A stretch of 6,319 nt of DNA from a virus. The position numbers were made by a program, and so were the translations under genes. Of the stretch, positions 5,029 through 6,319 are shown piece after piece. How positions within the stretch are numbered: position 1 is the first letter of the stretch; every line of letters begins with the position of its first letter. The stretch is from positions 1-6,319 of IMG/VR virus record IMGVR_UViG_3300045988_012441. One strand, 5' to 3'. A model generated the notes under the pieces. The model was not told the DNA's origin and did not search any database. It was given only the letters and a program-made list of their open reading frames with translations.

Positions 5029-6319
5029 TTAATAAGGTAAACCATTTCTGTCCAAGTTCTGTACGGCATATACTTGGAAATTAACATTACAGAGCAACTG
5101 ATCAAACGCAACAGAACAGTTAGTAGAATCAATCTGAGGAACGAATATAGAATTCAGTTGTTGAGGACGAACTTTCATGGACTGGTAAGACCAAGAACCG
5201 GAAGAAGTCAATACCTGCCAGCCATCAAGAGGAGCAGCCCAAGACTGATAAGCAGCACCAGCACGGAAGCCAGCGTGAACGGTATCAATATTAGATTTCC
5301 ATTGCCAATAACGGAGGTTATAACCAAGAGAACCGGAAACATTTCGTCCAGGGTTATTCTGAAGATTCAGAGCAGGGACAGCCTGCATACCAAGCTGGTC
5401 AAATGCGGGTTGCGGGAAGTCAGATATAGCGGTCACAGTCAACTGAGGATTTTGGCCGGTCAAATTCCAATCCAGCATAGGTACAGCATGATATACACAC
5501 ATGATAACCTGATGTTCAGCGCCACAGTCATAAGTGATAGTATGTCCGGAATTACTAGATACACCTTTACCAGCAATAGAAGCCTGAGAAGAATCAGAAT
5601 CAAGATTAGTATTAACTACCTCATTAATGTTGATAACACTGGACCAACCACCAATATAATGTGCATGATTGCCCATGTACTCGGGGGCTTTAATACCGAA
5701 TTGAGCAGCCATTTGGTCAGAGTAATCTTTGCTAGAGAACTGTACTACTTCTTTCCAGCGCTGGAGGTATTCTGTGGCACGAATTGAAAGAGCAGAGAGG
5801 TCAGAATTAACATTCAAAAATCGACCAGTAAGTGAACTATTAGTATTAGAAGTAACAACATCAGCAGTCTTAACAGTATTAATCACAGTAGGATTATCAT
5901 CAGGGTTTGAAGATTTAATACCACCGGCAATAATAAGATTAGAACCTAAATCAGAACGAAGATAAGAAGGTAAAACAGCTACCGAACCATATTGAGAAGA
6001 CGGCAACATACCCATGAAATAATCTTTCGGGTAGTTAGCATAGCGCAACTGAACCATATCAGTAACCAATCCAATATTACCAGCTCCGGACCAATAGTCT
6101 ACATTATAGGCGTAAGCTTTGTGCTTTTCCCATTGGCCGTCGCTGAAGAAATCATAATAAATCTTCTGATAAGCAAGAAATGGAAGAGCATTAACTGTCT
6201 GCGAAGTCTGATAAACCAAAGGATTATTAGCGTCACCAAGGGTATCAACACCTAAATATTTCTCGGTAATAGCAGCCTTACCTGTATTAGTACTAGCAAT
6301 CATAGAACCATAGCCAAGT
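5029..6319 (-). CDS. VP1: Major capsid protein VP1, C-terminal part (residues 174-584 are encoded by 6264..5029; 6265..6319 repeats 1..55)
   Basis: The frame stays open from 5032 to the window end. The track start at 6303 (MIAST...) is internal Met161 of the full protein. Conserved microvirus capsid blocks are present: AYQKIYYDFF, LSIRATEYLQRWKE and QASIAGKG. Total length is 584 aa after joining with 519..1. Confidence 0.92.
   Translation of the reverse strand, partial: LGYGSMIASTNTGKAAITEKYLGVDTLGDANNPLVYQTSQTVNALPFLAYQKIYYDFFSDGQWEKHKAYAYNVDYWSGAGNIGLVTDMVQLRYANYPKDYFMGMLPSSQYGSVAVLPSYLRSDLGSNLIIAGGIKSSNPDDNPTVINTVKTADVVTSNTNSSLTGRFLNVNSDLSALSIRATEYLQRWKEVVQFSSKDYSDQMAAQFGIKAPEYMGNHAHYIGGWSSVININEVVNTNLDSDSSQASIAGKGVSSNSGHTITYDCGAEHQVIMCVYHAVPMLDWNLTGQNPQLTVTAISDFPQPAFDQLGMQAVPALNLQNNPGRNVSGSLGYNLRYWQWKSNIDTVHAGFRAGAAYQSWAAPLDGWQVLTSSGSWSYQSMKVRPQQLNSIFVPQIDSTNCSVAFDQLLCNVNFQVYAVQNLDRNGLPY
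6265..6319. repeat. Terminal redundancy copy 2 (identical to 1..55)
   Basis: Same 55-mer as positions 1..55. The offset of 6264 nt gives the genome length. Confidence 0.95.

Larger units (their letters stand above)
1..6264 (-). other. Complete circular Microviridae (ssDNA phage) genome unit, 6264 nt, all genes on the - strand of the window
   Basis: The set VP1 + VP2 + HUH Rep (VP4) in about 6.3 kb is diagnostic of Microviridae. The 55-nt exact terminal redundancy closes the circle, and the capsid ORF reads in frame across the junction. Genes are tightly packed with overlapping stop/start codons (TAATG, ATGA). Confidence 0.85.

Noticed and set aside
5074-5787. 237-aa + strand ORF antisense to VP1
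   Set aside because: Microviridae express all genes from one strand. The product is Arg/Ser/Ile-rich like a shadow ORF opposite a highly expressed gene. No promoter-like box (TAnnTTTG) was found on the + strand where I checked, and it lies wholly inside the well-supported capsid gene.
730-6255. Remaining + strand track ORFs (730..981, 1699..1953, 1972..2274, 2271..2552, 2592..2774, 3116..3316, 3573..3872, 4341..4571, 4847..5032, 5729..5965, 5992..6255)
   Set aside because: All are 60-100 codons and antisense to strongly supported - strand genes (3116..3316 is antisense to the 52-aa ORF and uses a TTG start). They have skewed compositions, no recognisable motifs, and an orientation inconsistent with single-strand transcription in this phage family.
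1-6319. CRISPR arrays, tRNA/rRNA genes, integrase/transposase, toxin-antitoxin or defence systems
   Set aside because: I looked for spaced direct repeats, cloverleaf-like structures and the relevant protein motifs in all track ORFs. None was found. In particular there is no integrase, so the window gives no sign of a temperate lifestyle.

Overview
The window is one complete circular ssDNA phage genome of the family Microviridae plus a 55-nt wrap-around. Positions 1-55 are identical to 6265-6319, so the unit length is 6264 nt. All credible genes lie on the - strand, so the window is the complement of the mRNA-sense, presumably virion, strand. Gene order along the - strand:
- Major capsid protein VP1, split by the linearisation point (519..1 joined to 6264..5029, 584 aa).
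- A 146-aa acidic protein, VP3/scaffold-like by position only.
- VP2 pilot/minor capsid protein (367 aa), followed by a strong intrinsic terminator.
- A 52-aa ORF missing from the supplied track, with its own promoter-like box and terminator.
- About 317 nt of non-coding DNA with nested hairpins.
- A Bacteroidota-type promoter (TTTG-19 nt-TAnnTTTG).
- A 64-aa ORF, a 27-aa single-TM ORF and a 102-aa M15-family zinc peptidase.
- A large (559 aa) HUH rolling-circle replication initiator, VP4.

No start codon has a Shine-Dalgarno sequence. Together with the promoter boxes, this points to a Bacteroidota host (Alpavirinae-like microvirus). That host call is inference.

I see no CRISPR array, tRNA/rRNA, transposon or defence system, and no clear wholly new system. 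The items most worth follow-up are:
- the translationally coupled mini-TM ORF and M15 peptidase, a candidate lysis module;
- the unusually long structured non-coding region, a candidate origin or priming element;
- the self-contained 52-aa ORF unit.

All homology statements come from motif recognition by eye. No searches were run.
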